34,349 nucleotides of DNA from Granulicella sp. (GTDB taxonomy: Bacteria > Acidobacteriota > Terriglobia > Terriglobales > Acidobacteriaceae), in the NCBI GenBank assembly GCA_027339965.1, contig DAHWNL010000045.1, positions 1 through 34,349 on the forward strand, given 5' to 3'. Shown piece after piece: positions 9,047 to 18,404 of the stretch. The position numbers and the translations under genes are program-made. The notes under the pieces were generated by a model. It did no database searches, was not told where the DNA came from, and saw only the letters and a list, made by a program, of their open reading frames with translations. Each line of letters opens with the position of its first letter. Position 1 is the stretch's first letter.

Positions 9047-10015
9047 TCACATTTCTACAACGGCTTTCATCACGTTTGGCCGAGCGAGCAGTGACTCAAA
9101 TGTGGTCATCACTTCAGAAAGCTGAAGGCGGTCGGTGATCCAATGATCCGTATCGATTTTGCCTGCTTCGATCAACCGAATGATCCTTGGAAATTGGCCG
9201 AGACTGTTGCGGCTTGCGAGCAAGGTTACTTCTTTGCGATGGAACAGGGAATCGTCGATCGATACCGGCTCGCTTGTGAGACCAACATAAACGAGGGAAC
9301 CTCCGGGCGCGACGCAGTCCAAGCTTGCCGCCATTGCAAGGGCGTTGCCCGTCGCATCAAAGACGACATCCGCTTGCCTGTCCGCAGCGGTCAGCGAGGT
9401 GGGGTAACCCATTCGCTCCGCAAAGTCTCTTCGCCACTCGATCCTTTCAACAAGATGAACATGAACTCCGAGCGCGGAGGCAAATTGAGCCACCGCCATT
9501 CCGATCGGACCTGCACCCACAATCATCGCTTCACCACCATCCTTCACCCCACTGCGTGCCACAGCGTGTGCGCCGATTCCGAGCATTTCCACTAAAGCCA
9601 ACTGATCGAGGGTCAAGACTTCCGACTTGTGCAGCAGGCTGATAGGGACAGATAGAAAATCCTGCATTCCCCCATCCACATGGATCCCAAGAATTTGGAG
9701 ATGTTCACAGCAGTTCTTTCGCCCTTTTGCGCATGCCCGGCAGGCGCCGCAGCTGATGTAGGGTTCGATGGCGCAACGATCTCCCTTTCGGATTCCGCGG
9801 TCGTTCTCCTCAACTTCGACTACAACGCCCGATAGCTCATGGCCGATGACTCGAGGGTAAGTGTAAATAGGATGGCGTCCTGCAAAAGCATGAAAGTCGC
9901 TTCCGCATAGGCCAATTCGTTCGATTTTGACGACTGCATGGCCTTGAGCCGCGCTGGCTTCACCAACGATCCGTTCTGCAAACTTCCCGGGCGATTCTAA
10001 GATGATCTGTCTCAT
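9047..10015 (-). CDS. Zinc-dependent medium-chain dehydrogenase (YjjN/LgoD sugar-acid dehydrogenase-like)
   Basis: CGSDFH, GHE, structural Zn motif CGACRAC...NCC, GAGPIG, VFDATGN and FHRKEVTLLASRN. Confidence 0.9.
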   Translation of the reverse strand: MRQIILESPGKFAERIVGEASAAQGHAVVKIERIGLCGSDFHAFAGRHPIYTYPRVIGHELSGVVVEVEENDRGIRKGDRCAIEPYISCGACRACAKGRKNCCEHLQILGIHVDGGMQDFLSVPISLLHKSEVLTLDQLALVEMLGIGAHAVARSGVKDGGEAMIVGAGPIGMAVAQFASALGVHVHLVERIEWRRDFAERMGYPTSLTAADRQADVVFDATGNALAMAASLDCVAPGGSLVYVGLTSEPVSIDDSLFHRKEVTLLASRNSLGQFPRIIRLIEAGKIDTDHWITDRLQLSEVMTTFESLLARPNVMKAVVEM

Positions 10016-10326
10016 AGTGTGTTCTTTCTACTGTAGATGAATCGTTTTGCACTCATTCCGGAGCGATCGCGCCCAAAGGCTGTTGTCTTTCCAAGGGTAT
10101 TCCTGAAGTTGCTTCCACTTGCTCTGGATTCCTCCCGTCTCATGGGCAAAGGTCTTGAAACAGTGGTTGTGGCGTCGATGACGGATGCATGCTTTTGGTC
10201 TCTGAATGCAAGGATCGTTGAGAAGAACCCCAAGGATGCATTCACCCTGGCAATGGGTGCCATGGGTGATTGGTTGCCGGCCCTGATCGAGCGGAAAGGC
10301 CAAGCTTTGTTTTGGAGCTACCGACC

Positions 10327-10379
10327 GGCATGCTGTATGCAGGTATCCACATGCTACTCGCGGCGTATATCCTCGTCAA
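10327..10379 (-). promoter_or_regulatory. Sigma70 promoter for the dehydrogenase with a downstream GntR/FadR-like operator
   Basis: TTGACG (10379-10374), 17 bp, TAGCAT (10356-10351). Imperfect palindrome CTGTATGCAG at 10333-10342 near the expected +1. Confidence 0.6.
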
Positions 10380-10785
10380 CGTGGGCTCTCCTTTGGCAGC
10401 CATTTCTCGCTGGGTGGAGTTTCGCGGCCGGTCCGGTCGCCCGCGTGGGGAGCTTCCGTTCCTGTTGGGCGGGGTCGCCTTGGGGCGGCACTTTCTCTGG
10501 GCAAGCTCTCATTTCCTCGGATCTCATGGAAATCGGCAACTCAGGACGGCGGTATGCTCCCATGGAACATTCGCAGCCCGAGAGCCTGCCAGGATTTCGG
10601 CAGAGGATGGCTCTGCTGTTGCGGAGGATGGTTGACGGCCAGCCATTGTCCTTTGCTTGCCGACCCAGGGTGGCTTGGCTGCTCCGGGTGGTGGGAAGCC
10701 GCACCTTTCCTTGACGCATCCGGCGATGGCGCTGCTCATCCAGCGACGGCCCTGTTCGGATGGTGTCCGAAGTAGGGTATAGCCG

Positions 10786-10835
10786 CGATGGGCTGGACCG
10801 TACCGATCTTCGATAGGCTGGACCGTACCGGTCTT
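10786..10835. repeat. Tandem 25-bp duplication
   Basis: CGATGGGCTGGACCGTACCGATCTT followed by CGATAGGCTGGACCGTACCGGTCTT (2 mismatches). Confidence 0.9.
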
Positions 10836-10985
10836 CGTGCTTTTCGGACGCCAGATCCTCCAAGAGATTGACTTGTTAGACTTGAGCCATCGCATGGCTT
10901 ATCACGTACCGGACGTTTGCGGTGATTCCAGTGCGGTGATTCCAGAAGGATCGTCGAACTCTCGAAACAGGGTGGATCGAAGAAG

Positions 10986-12854
10986 ATGAAATCTGCACGC
11001 GCCTGGGTGGCAATGAGGGTGGCTGGTGGGTTGCTACTGATCGTCAGCGTAACGATTTGGGCAAGAGCGCAGGCGGGGGTAGGGAGTCCAGCGACTCCGA
11101 TGCGGCCGGGATCGCGGGTTATCTCCTCGGCAGAGCCGTATGTGTCCCGGCCGGCTTCAACACCCTGCAGCGTCACGCTGGCGCGCAGAGAGAGCTTTGA
11201 CGATCCCGGCGATGGCCGCTCGATGGCCACTCATGCGCATCGGTTTGAGTTTGCGCCCCCGCGCAGATGTACCGGCCCGTGGTCCAAGGTCGTGATGGTC
11301 GTGAACTTCTCGGTTCCGGCAGGGCGGCAGTTTGATCGTACCGCAACGATCTGGCTGGGTGGGGTGAACCTTTACTTTGGCACCACCATGGAGCCGGAGC
11401 CGGGCCTAGCTCAGCATTGGCATGTGGAGCGTGATCTGACCGACTACACGGCTCTGTTCCATAAGGCGCGGACAGGACAAATCATCCTGAACAACTCAAT
11501 CAGCCCGACCACCAACCAGCCGATCTTCGTAGCTGCCAGGCTATTGTTCTATCCGGTGGAGCCCGGAAAACAAGCGCCCAGGGTGGCCGATCGAGTCTTT
11601 TCACTAAGCGGCGAGCCGGCCGGGAAGGAGCAGCCGTTGCAGACTTCGGACGACATCCTCTCGCACCAGTTCATCTTTCCGCGCGATATCGAGCGCGCCT
11701 CTCTGGACGTGATCGCGCAAAGCCAGGCGCACGATGAACGCTGGTATACGTGCGTCGACAAGCGTTATCTGGCTCAGACTCGGGATTACTCCCTGGAGGC
11801 ATTTGAGGCCTGCGATGGAGGAAGCTTTCGCGGCGTTGAGGTGCTGGTGGATGGAAGACCCGCCGGGTTGGCGCCAATCTATCCCTGGATCTTCGCTGGC
11901 GGTGTTGGCCCTCACCTGTGGTTGCCGACACCGGGGATTCAGACGACCAACTTTCTGCCCTTTCGAGTGGATCTGACTCCCTTCGCGGGGGTGCTGGATG
12001 ACGGACGGCCGCATTCGATTGGGGTCCGTGTTTTGGGCGCTAACCACTTCTTCAATGTGGCGGCGAACATGCTGGTCTATGAAGAGGGTCTCAGCCAGGG
12101 CCGCGGCGGCGCACAACTGAGTGGAGAGCTGCTGGAGGATACTCTGGGCACGGCGCAGCCTGCAGGCCTTTCGGTGCAAAGTACCCTCCACTCCGATGCC
12201 AACGGGCGAATCGTGGGCGCGCTCCACACCCATGGAACGCAGAGTTATCTGATTCGCGGCTTGCTGCGGACGCCACGCGGAAACCTTATCACCACGGTCC
12301 GCTATCAGGAGCAGTTTTTGAATGACCAGATCTTTCTCCGGCCAGGGGCAAAGCAATACGACCAGTTGATCCGGCAGAGCCATGTCACCTCCATGGATGT
12401 CGAACGCAACCTGAACGGTCGCCACGAGGACAGCTTCGTCTTCCACGAGTGGGATCCGGTGAGCCTGATTGTGCGAAAAGCCATGGTGACCCGGGGGCAG
12501 GACTTCAATGCGCAAGTGTCGGTATGGCAAGGGCATCGGATCCTGGCGGATCGGACCGGGGCTTCCGGGGGGAGTTACCATGCTGCTCTCAGCGAGAATT
12601 TGAGTGTGAGCGACCGGGAGTATGGCAAGACCATTCCTCCGCCGCTGGATCGCAGCAGCTTTGATCACAATGAGTCCGGGCAGGAGATCGTCTTGTTCCG
12701 AGACTCTCTTGGCAGTTGTTATGCCACCCAGGTGCAGTCCCAAGAGGAACAGGTTACAGGAGTGCGCGAGGGGGTGAACTGCCCTGGCGGCAGCAACCAT
12801 CTCGAAAGCAGTTCCCGCCCCGATAATCCCTGGCTGATGCCGCTGATTCCGTAG
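10986..12854 (+). CDS. Peptide-N4-(N-acetyl-beta-glucosaminyl)asparagine amidase A family protein (acid PNGase, PNGase H+-like), secreted
   Basis: Signal peptide, PWSKVV, GRQFDRTATIWLGGVNLYFGTTMEP, WHVERDLTDY, QSQAHDERWYTC, VDGRPAGLAPIYPWIFAGG and RVDLTPFAGVL. Confidence 0.9.
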   Translation: MKSARAWVAMRVAGGLLLIVSVTIWARAQAGVGSPATPMRPGSRVISSAEPYVSRPASTPCSVTLARRESFDDPGDGRSMATHAHRFEFAPPRRCTGPWSKVVMVVNFSVPAGRQFDRTATIWLGGVNLYFGTTMEPEPGLAQHWHVERDLTDYTALFHKARTGQIILNNSISPTTNQPIFVAARLLFYPVEPGKQAPRVADRVFSLSGEPAGKEQPLQTSDDILSHQFIFPRDIERASLDVIAQSQAHDERWYTCVDKRYLAQTRDYSLEAFEACDGGSFRGVEVLVDGRPAGLAPIYPWIFAGGVGPHLWLPTPGIQTTNFLPFRVDLTPFAGVLDDGRPHSIGVRVLGANHFFNVAANMLVYEEGLSQGRGGAQLSGELLEDTLGTAQPAGLSVQSTLHSDANGRIVGALHTHGTQSYLIRGLLRTPRGNLITTVRYQEQFLNDQIFLRPGAKQYDQLIRQSHVTSMDVERNLNGRHEDSFVFHEWDPVSLIVRKAMVTRGQDFNAQVSVWQGHRILADRTGASGGSYHAALSENLSVSDREYGKTIPPPLDRSSFDHNESGQEIVLFRDSLGSCYATQVQSQEEQVTGVREGVNCPGGSNHLESSSRPDNPWLMPLIP

Positions 12855-13067
12855 GATGATCGGGTCCCTCGCGGTGAACCGAACCTTCGCCGTGCGGCGA
12901 GGGTTGAGTTGGCACGTCCGAGAGATGGCCTCACACCGAGATTTCAGCCACGGGTGCTTGACGGCTCGCCGTTAGCAACCGGCTGCCGAGATCTCAAGGC
13001 TCCAGAGCTGCCGACGGATGCGGCAACGCAGAGCGAGGCGACGGGAGGGTGGATCGGACGCGCTCTG

Positions 13068-13670
13068 TCAGGGGGTCTTCCACTTGATGTTGCAGCCGAT
13101 GCTGGGGCGCTGCTCGGCGCCGGGTTGGCGGCCGACGATGACATCTTCGATCGCTGCGCGGAGATCTCTACCGGTGACCGGCTCGTCGTTGCCGAAGCCA
13201 TTGCGGCGCGGACGGCTGTCGTCCAACTGGCCGCGATAGACCAGTCGCAGTCCGGAGTCGAAGAGGAAGAAGTCTGGCGTGCAGGCTGCATGATAGGCGT
13301 GCGCCACCTCCTGGGTGGAGTCCAGGAGATAGGGGAAGGTCCAGTCGAGGCGGAGGGCCTGTTCGCGCATGGGTCCGAGCGCGTCCTCAGGATACTGGTC
13401 GATGTCGTTGGACTGAATGGCCGCTATGGCGATAGGCCCGTCGCCGGCCGGGCCGTAGTAGTCGCGCCCGATCCGCGTCAGTTCAGCCTCCACATGCTTT
13501 ACATACGGACAATGAACACAGACAAACATCACCAGCAGACCCAGCCTCTTTGCTGATTTGGCATTTACAATTTCGGCAAGACTCAAGTTGGTACCGGTGA
13601 TGACGTCGTGCAGGCGAAAGTCTGGGGCCATCAGTCCCAGCGGCTCCATGGTGGACTCGGTACGGCTCAT
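13068..13670 (-). CDS. Thioredoxin-fold AhpC/TSA (Prx-like1) protein
   Basis: APDFRL, MFVCVHCPYV, YPED, FPYLLD, ACTPDFFLFD, YRGQLDDSRP, SIGCNIKW; GGGAG RBS. Confidence 0.92.
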   Translation of the reverse strand: MSRTESTMEPLGLMAPDFRLHDVITGTNLSLAEIVNAKSAKRLGLLVMFVCVHCPYVKHVEAELTRIGRDYYGPAGDGPIAIAAIQSNDIDQYPEDALGPMREQALRLDWTFPYLLDSTQEVAHAYHAACTPDFFLFDSGLRLVYRGQLDDSRPRRNGFGNDEPVTGRDLRAAIEDVIVGRQPGAEQRPSIGCNIKWKTP

Positions 13671-13804
13671 AAGGATCTCCCCTTGACAGGATAGCGTTGA
13701 GTTACTTTCGGCGAAGTTTACTGTCTCGCCATTCTTTCCAACCGCGCGAATGCCTTACCCTACAAAGACTCCGACTTGGGATCTTTTCGCATCCAGCTTG
13801 AGGT

Positions 13805-16486
13805 ATGATGCTGTTCCTATCCTTCATTCGCAACCTGCTGATTACATGTTGGTTTTGTCGCAGATGGCGGCCGGCCGGACAGTGGCGCGGTTTGCGATGG
13901 CTCACAACTGCCGCTGTTCTTCTTGCCGCGTGGGCCGGCTCCGCCACGGCTCAGGCAGGGCGCGGGAGCCTTTGGGGGCTTCAGCCGGTGCAGCAGGCGG
14001 ATCGAGTGGCCGCGAATCCAGACTTGAATGCGCTGCAGAGTCTGAAACAGAGGCTGCCGGAGTGGGATCAGGTGCGGAATCAAAGCTCGGGCAGCGTGGA
14101 TCTGAGCCAGGTCTTGCATCTCGAGGTCGTATTGAGCCGGGATTCCGCAGCGGAGGCTGCCTTTCAACGGCTGCGGGTGGAGCAGCAGAGCTCGGGATCG
14201 CGTTCTTATCACCAATGGGTGACACCGCAGCAGATCGGTGAACTGTTCGGACCTACGATGCATGATCGCGCGGCGGTGATCTCCTGGCTGACCAGTCAAG
14301 GATTGACGGTGGATTCAATGGATCCGAACGGATTGATTATCCGGGTAAGCGGATCGGCGGCGTTGGTTGGGAACGCATTTCATACCAGCTTTGGAAGCTT
14401 CGACGTGGCGGGAGAGCGCAGGTTTGCAGCGCTCTCTCAACCTCTGATACCGGTCGCGCTGAGCGCGGTGATTCGATCCGTACATGGGCTGGTTGAGGTT
14501 CGCTACGCGCCGCAGTCGAGCTTCAAGGTCGAGACCATTCCTGGGGTAGCCGGTCCACTCCAAACAAATATCCAAAGCGGCGTCCAAACGGATCTTGGCG
14601 GAGGCGTCCATGGCATTCTTCCGCAGGACTTTGCAACGATCTACGACCTCGCCAGCGTTTACAGCAGTGGAGACAAGGGAGCGAGCATTGGATCGTCAAG
14701 TTCGGCTCAGGCACAACATATCGCCATCGTTGGCAAGTCGCGTATCGTGGCCGACGATATAGCCAACTTTGAGGCTATCGCGGGATTACCCAGCGTGCAG
14801 CCCAACGTGGTATTGGCCGGCAGCGATCCGGGTGTCGCGACCGGAACCCAAGCGGATTTGGCCGGCGAGGCGACGTTGGATGTGGAACGAGTGATTGGTA
14901 CAGCTCCGGCGGCGCAGCCGGATCTGGTGATCAGTGCGAACTCCTCGAATGAGGATGGAGTGGATATTGCGATTGCCTACAACATCAATACGCTGCATGA
15001 TCCGGTGATGAGCATCTCATTTGGTGCGTGCGAGTCCGAGAGCGGCTCAGCGGAGGTTGACTATCTCAAGACTGAGTTCGAGACGGCGGCCAGTGAAGGA
15101 ATCTCTACGTTTGTCTCCGCGGACGATTCTGGCGTCGCCGGTTGTGACAAGCCCTTTCAGGCGCCTCCAGCTTCTCAAGTACGGAGCATTAATGCGCTCT
15201 GTTCGAGCGATGCCGTGACCTGTGTTGGAGGGACCGAGTTCAACGATCTTCTGAATCCCTCGTTGTACTGGTCTGCGGCCAACTCGAATGATGGATATGA
15301 GTCGGCGCTCTCCTATATTCCGGAAGGAGCATGGAACGAACCCACGACGGCCAACACCCAAGGCCAGACGATGTACCGTGTGGCTGAGGGCGGGGGAGGG
15401 GCCAGCGTCTATGTCTCGAAGCCGCTTTGGCAGACAGGAACAGGTGTGCCCAACGACGGATTTCGTGACGTTCCGGATATTGCCTTCACGGCAGCGGAGC
15501 ATGATGGATACCTAGGATGTTATGCGGCTGCCGGGGCCAGTTGTAAGACGACGAATAAAGGCACAACCATTTCGATCTTCTACGGCACGTCGGCAGTGGC
15601 GCCCGGAATGGCAGGCATCGCCGCGCTGCTGAACACGAAGATGGGAGCTGCGCAAGGAAATCTCAATCCGATGCTCTATGGGTTGGCAGCGTCGAACCAG
15701 GATGTCTTCCACGCCATAACGCCGGCCAGTTCGGGTGTGATCGGGTGTATCAGTACGGAGCCTTCCATGTGCAACAACAGCACGCCGGGCGTATCCAGTC
15801 TGAGCGGCGGCCTGGCGGGGTACAGCGTGGGAGCTGGATACAACCAGGCGACAGGGTTGGGGTCAGTCGATGTAGCGAAGCTGCTTTCGGCGGCGGCGAC
15901 GGGAGATGTGACTGGAGGAAGTTTTACCCTTGCAGCGGCCTCTGCTGTCCAATCCGCGGCTCCGCAGACCCAATCGGCAACTGCGACCTGGACGCTGACT
16001 GTAACGGCGCTGCAGAGCTTTGCCGGAACGGTGTCGTTGACTTGCGCTGTGGCGCCGGTGACGAGCCAGCCGCCGCTATGTTCTGTATCTCCTGCCAACG
16101 TGAGCCTGAGCGAGTCAGGTACAGCGACTGCGACGGTCTCGGCGGTAGCCCAGGGAGCGGGAGGCGGTTGTCTGGCGCAGTCTGCTCAGCAGCGGAAGCT
16201 GAAAGCTGGTGGCGAACAGAGTGAACTGCTTGCCGGATTGCTGTTTCTTTGTCTCCCAATCCGGGGACGATGGGCACGCGCGAGGCGTTCTCTTCCACAT
16301 TGGCAACTGGTTTGTCTGCTGGCGATAGGATTGGGCGCGGTGAGTGGGTGCGGGGGAACGTCCGGCAGCTCGTTATGCTCGAACTCGTCGACGACGGGAG
16401 CCACGGCGGGAACCTATACTATCACGGTGACCGGAACGAGCGGGAATTTGACAGTCTCTGCTCCTCTGACATTTATTGCGAATTGA
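13805..16486 (+). CDS. S53 (sedolisin/kumamolisin) serine peptidase with prodomain and a C-terminal Ig-like/lipobox module; start uncertain
   Basis: Prodomain YHQWVTPQQIGELFG..WLTSQGL. Catalytic EATLDVE, SISFG, VGGT, RDVPDIA and GTSAVAP. Confidence 0.93.
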   Translation: MMLFLSFIRNLLITCWFCRRWRPAGQWRGLRWLTTAAVLLAAWAGSATAQAGRGSLWGLQPVQQADRVAANPDLNALQSLKQRLPEWDQVRNQSSGSVDLSQVLHLEVVLSRDSAAEAAFQRLRVEQQSSGSRSYHQWVTPQQIGELFGPTMHDRAAVISWLTSQGLTVDSMDPNGLIIRVSGSAALVGNAFHTSFGSFDVAGERRFAALSQPLIPVALSAVIRSVHGLVEVRYAPQSSFKVETIPGVAGPLQTNIQSGVQTDLGGGVHGILPQDFATIYDLASVYSSGDKGASIGSSSSAQAQHIAIVGKSRIVADDIANFEAIAGLPSVQPNVVLAGSDPGVATGTQADLAGEATLDVERVIGTAPAAQPDLVISANSSNEDGVDIAIAYNINTLHDPVMSISFGACESESGSAEVDYLKTEFETAASEGISTFVSADDSGVAGCDKPFQAPPASQVRSINALCSSDAVTCVGGTEFNDLLNPSLYWSAANSNDGYESALSYIPEGAWNEPTTANTQGQTMYRVAEGGGGASVYVSKPLWQTGTGVPNDGFRDVPDIAFTAAEHDGYLGCYAAAGASCKTTNKGTTISIFYGTSAVAPGMAGIAALLNTKMGAAQGNLNPMLYGLAASNQDVFHAITPASSGVIGCISTEPSMCNNSTPGVSSLSGGLAGYSVGAGYNQATGLGSVDVAKLLSAAATGDVTGGSFTLAAASAVQSAAPQTQSATATWTLTVTALQSFAGTVSLTCAVAPVTSQPPLCSVSPANVSLSESGTATATVSAVAQGAGGGCLAQSAQQRKLKAGGEQSELLAGLLFLCLPIRGRWARARRSLPHWQLVCLLAIGLGAVSGCGGTSGSSLCSNSSTTGATAGTYTITVTGTSGNLTVSAPLTFIAN

Positions 16487-16784
16487 ATCAGCTTGACAGC
16501 GGGAAGATGTCGCGCGACGGAGCTCACTCATCCCGTTCACGAATTTTGAGCCACAGACTCCGCCCTGCGCAGCATGGCTGGGGCCTTTGGGCGCCATCGA
16601 GTTGCGGGTGGAGAGCCAGGTTTAACTTCAGGCGCCGGGTGGTTGAGGGAGCCAGTGCCGAGAGATTGCGTCTTGGGATGCCCCAGGTGTGCCCCAAGCG
16701 TTGGAGGAAAATCGCGCTTTCCCAAAGGAGGCACGGTGCGGATCTGCCCGGATCGGTGGAAAATGGTAGCTGCGAGGTGTTGGG

Positions 16785-17429
16785 ATGCGCGCGCGCGGGA
16801 AAGCACTGTTTCTGGATCGCGACGGCGTGATCAACCAGGAGGTGGGGTACCTCCATACCAAAGAGCAGGTGCGGTGGGTGGAGGGTATCTTTGAGCTCTG
16901 CCGAGCGGCTGCGGAACTGGGATACAAGTTGGTGGTCGTTACCAACCAGGCAGGCATCGCTCGCGGTTATTACACGGAAGCCCAGTTTCAGGAGGTGACA
17001 GACTGGATGCGAGGTGAGTTTGAGAGGAGGGGACTGAGGCTGGATGCGGTCTACTTCTGCCCCTTTCATCCCGAGCACGGAGTAGGAGCGTACAAGCGCG
17101 AGCACGAGGATCGCAAGCCGGGAGATGGCATGCTGCGCCGCGCGGCCCGAGATCTGCGCCTGGATCTGAGTTCCTCGGTGATGGTTGGCGATCGCTGCTC
17201 GGATGTAGCCGCAGGCCAGTCAGCGGGCCTGCGGCAGGTGTTTCTGCTGCAAGGCAATGAGCCGGAGCGATGCCCTGGCCGCTATCACGCCGTGAAGTCG
17301 CTCCAGGAGGTCCAACAATGGCTTGCCGTTGCCGCTGCCGCTAGCGCTGATGAGCTTGCGACTGGCCCGGACGCCTCGGTTTCTGGAGCCTCCGGCCGGC
17401 GCGGGAGGATCAAGGGCGGGAGGCTCTGA
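16785..17429 (+). CDS. gmhB: D-glycero-D-manno-heptose-1,7-bisphosphate phosphatase (HAD-IIIA)
   Basis: ALFLDRDGVIN, VVTNQAGIARGYY, YFCPFHP, RKPGDGML, MVGDRCSD. Confidence 0.88.
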   Translation: MRARGKALFLDRDGVINQEVGYLHTKEQVRWVEGIFELCRAAAELGYKLVVVTNQAGIARGYYTEAQFQEVTDWMRGEFERRGLRLDAVYFCPFHPEHGVGAYKREHEDRKPGDGMLRRAARDLRLDLSSSVMVGDRCSDVAAGQSAGLRQVFLLQGNEPERCPGRYHAVKSLQEVQQWLAVAAAASADELATGPDASVSGASGRRGRIKGGRL

Positions 17430-17710
17430 TGCAGGGGATGCGAGATGTACTTCGGTCGGCCCTGGCGCGGAGCTTGCGCGAGTTGCCGGAGGAAGACCGG
17501 TTGATGGCCGCCTGGCCGGTGGTCTGCGGGAGCGCCCTGGCGAGTCATGCCCGGGTGATTTCCCTGGATAGCGAGGGCGTGGTGCATGTGCTGGTGGATG
17601 GCGCCCAGTGGATCGATCCGTTCGTTCGCATGCGCTCGGCGCTGACCCTGGATCTGGGAAGAATCGCAGGCGTACCCCTGACCGGGATAAAATTTAGAGG
17701 CCGAATGTAG
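17429..17710 (+). CDS. dciA: DUF721/DciA-family protein
   Basis: AAWPVVCGSALASHARV...GVVHVLV...W pattern. Start overlaps the gmhB stop (TGATG). Confidence 0.7.
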   Translation: MQGMRDVLRSALARSLRELPEEDRLMAAWPVVCGSALASHARVISLDSEGVVHVLVDGAQWIDPFVRMRSALTLDLGRIAGVPLTGIKFRGRM

Positions 17711-17865
17711 AGTTTTCCGGAGCAGAGAGTTTGATCGGCAGGGCTCCGCCCGCTAGAACCCGTTTCTCTGTTTTAAACGGAAAGGCGACACAGACAGAGA
17801 GCAGAGATTCCGGGCCTGCCGGGAGCTTCAGGCAGTTGGAAGGCAAGCAAACCGAGGAGATCAGG

Positions 17866-18180
17866 ATGAGTGTGTCAGTGGAGGATGTGCAACATGTAGC
17901 GGATTTGGCCAATCTGGAGCTGACGGCTGAGGAGTTGCCGCGGATGGCCAAGGACCTCAACGCCGTGCTGGGCTATATCGCGCAGTTGAATGAGCTGAAC
18001 ACCTCCAACGTGGAGCCGATGGCGCAGGTGGGAGCCGTATTGGGAGTGATGCCGGCCCAGCAGGGAGAGACCTTGCGCCGCGATGTTGTGAAGGAGTCTC
18101 TTGAACGAGGAGCCGTGATGGCCGAGGCTCCGGAGTCCGATGGGCGGTTCTTTAAAGTGCCGCGAGTGATTGAGCGGTAG
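17866..18180 (+). CDS. gatC: Asp-tRNA(Asn)/Glu-tRNA(Gln) amidotransferase subunit C
   Basis: DVQHVADLANLEL, LNELNTSNVEPM, LRRD, APESDGRFFKVPRVIE; GAGGAG RBS before ATG 17866. Confidence 0.95.
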   Translation: MSVSVEDVQHVADLANLELTAEELPRMAKDLNAVLGYIAQLNELNTSNVEPMAQVGAVLGVMPAQQGETLRRDVVKESLERGAVMAEAPESDGRFFKVPRVIER

Positions 18181-18404
18181 AGATTCTCCGCACAGGTGCA
18201 TCCCGGTGCTTCGATCTTTATGGACATTTTCCAGTTTCCAGAAGAAAGACGCCGAAACAAGCCCGCTACGGAAGACCGGTCCAAACAGAAGAGCTAGAAG
18301 GCGCGTTCCGCGGCCGGCGAGCGCAATAGAAAAGAGACCGGACCGCTCTACGCGATCCCGGCCTTGGGCGAATCAATAGGTCAACAGGAGAGATAGGAAG
18401 AGGG

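Noticed and set aside
10037..10051. LacI-like site just upstream of the dehydrogenase
   Set aside because: Only the AAnCGnTT core matches; too weak to call.
10786..10835. Repeat as a mini CRISPR array
   Set aside because: Two adjacent units with no spacer and no cas genes.
10037..10895. Several overlapping ORFs between the dehydrogenase and the PNGase
   Set aside because: No recognisable domain, poor composition, and they overlap promoter elements.
11604..12800. 398-aa antisense ORF
   Set aside because: Shadow of the PNGase gene; no motifs.
12909..13556. 215-aa plus-strand ORF
   Set aside because: Antisense to the Prx-like gene.
17711..17865. T-box or riboswitch upstream of gatC
   Set aside because: No T-box consensus or recognisable aptamer seen.
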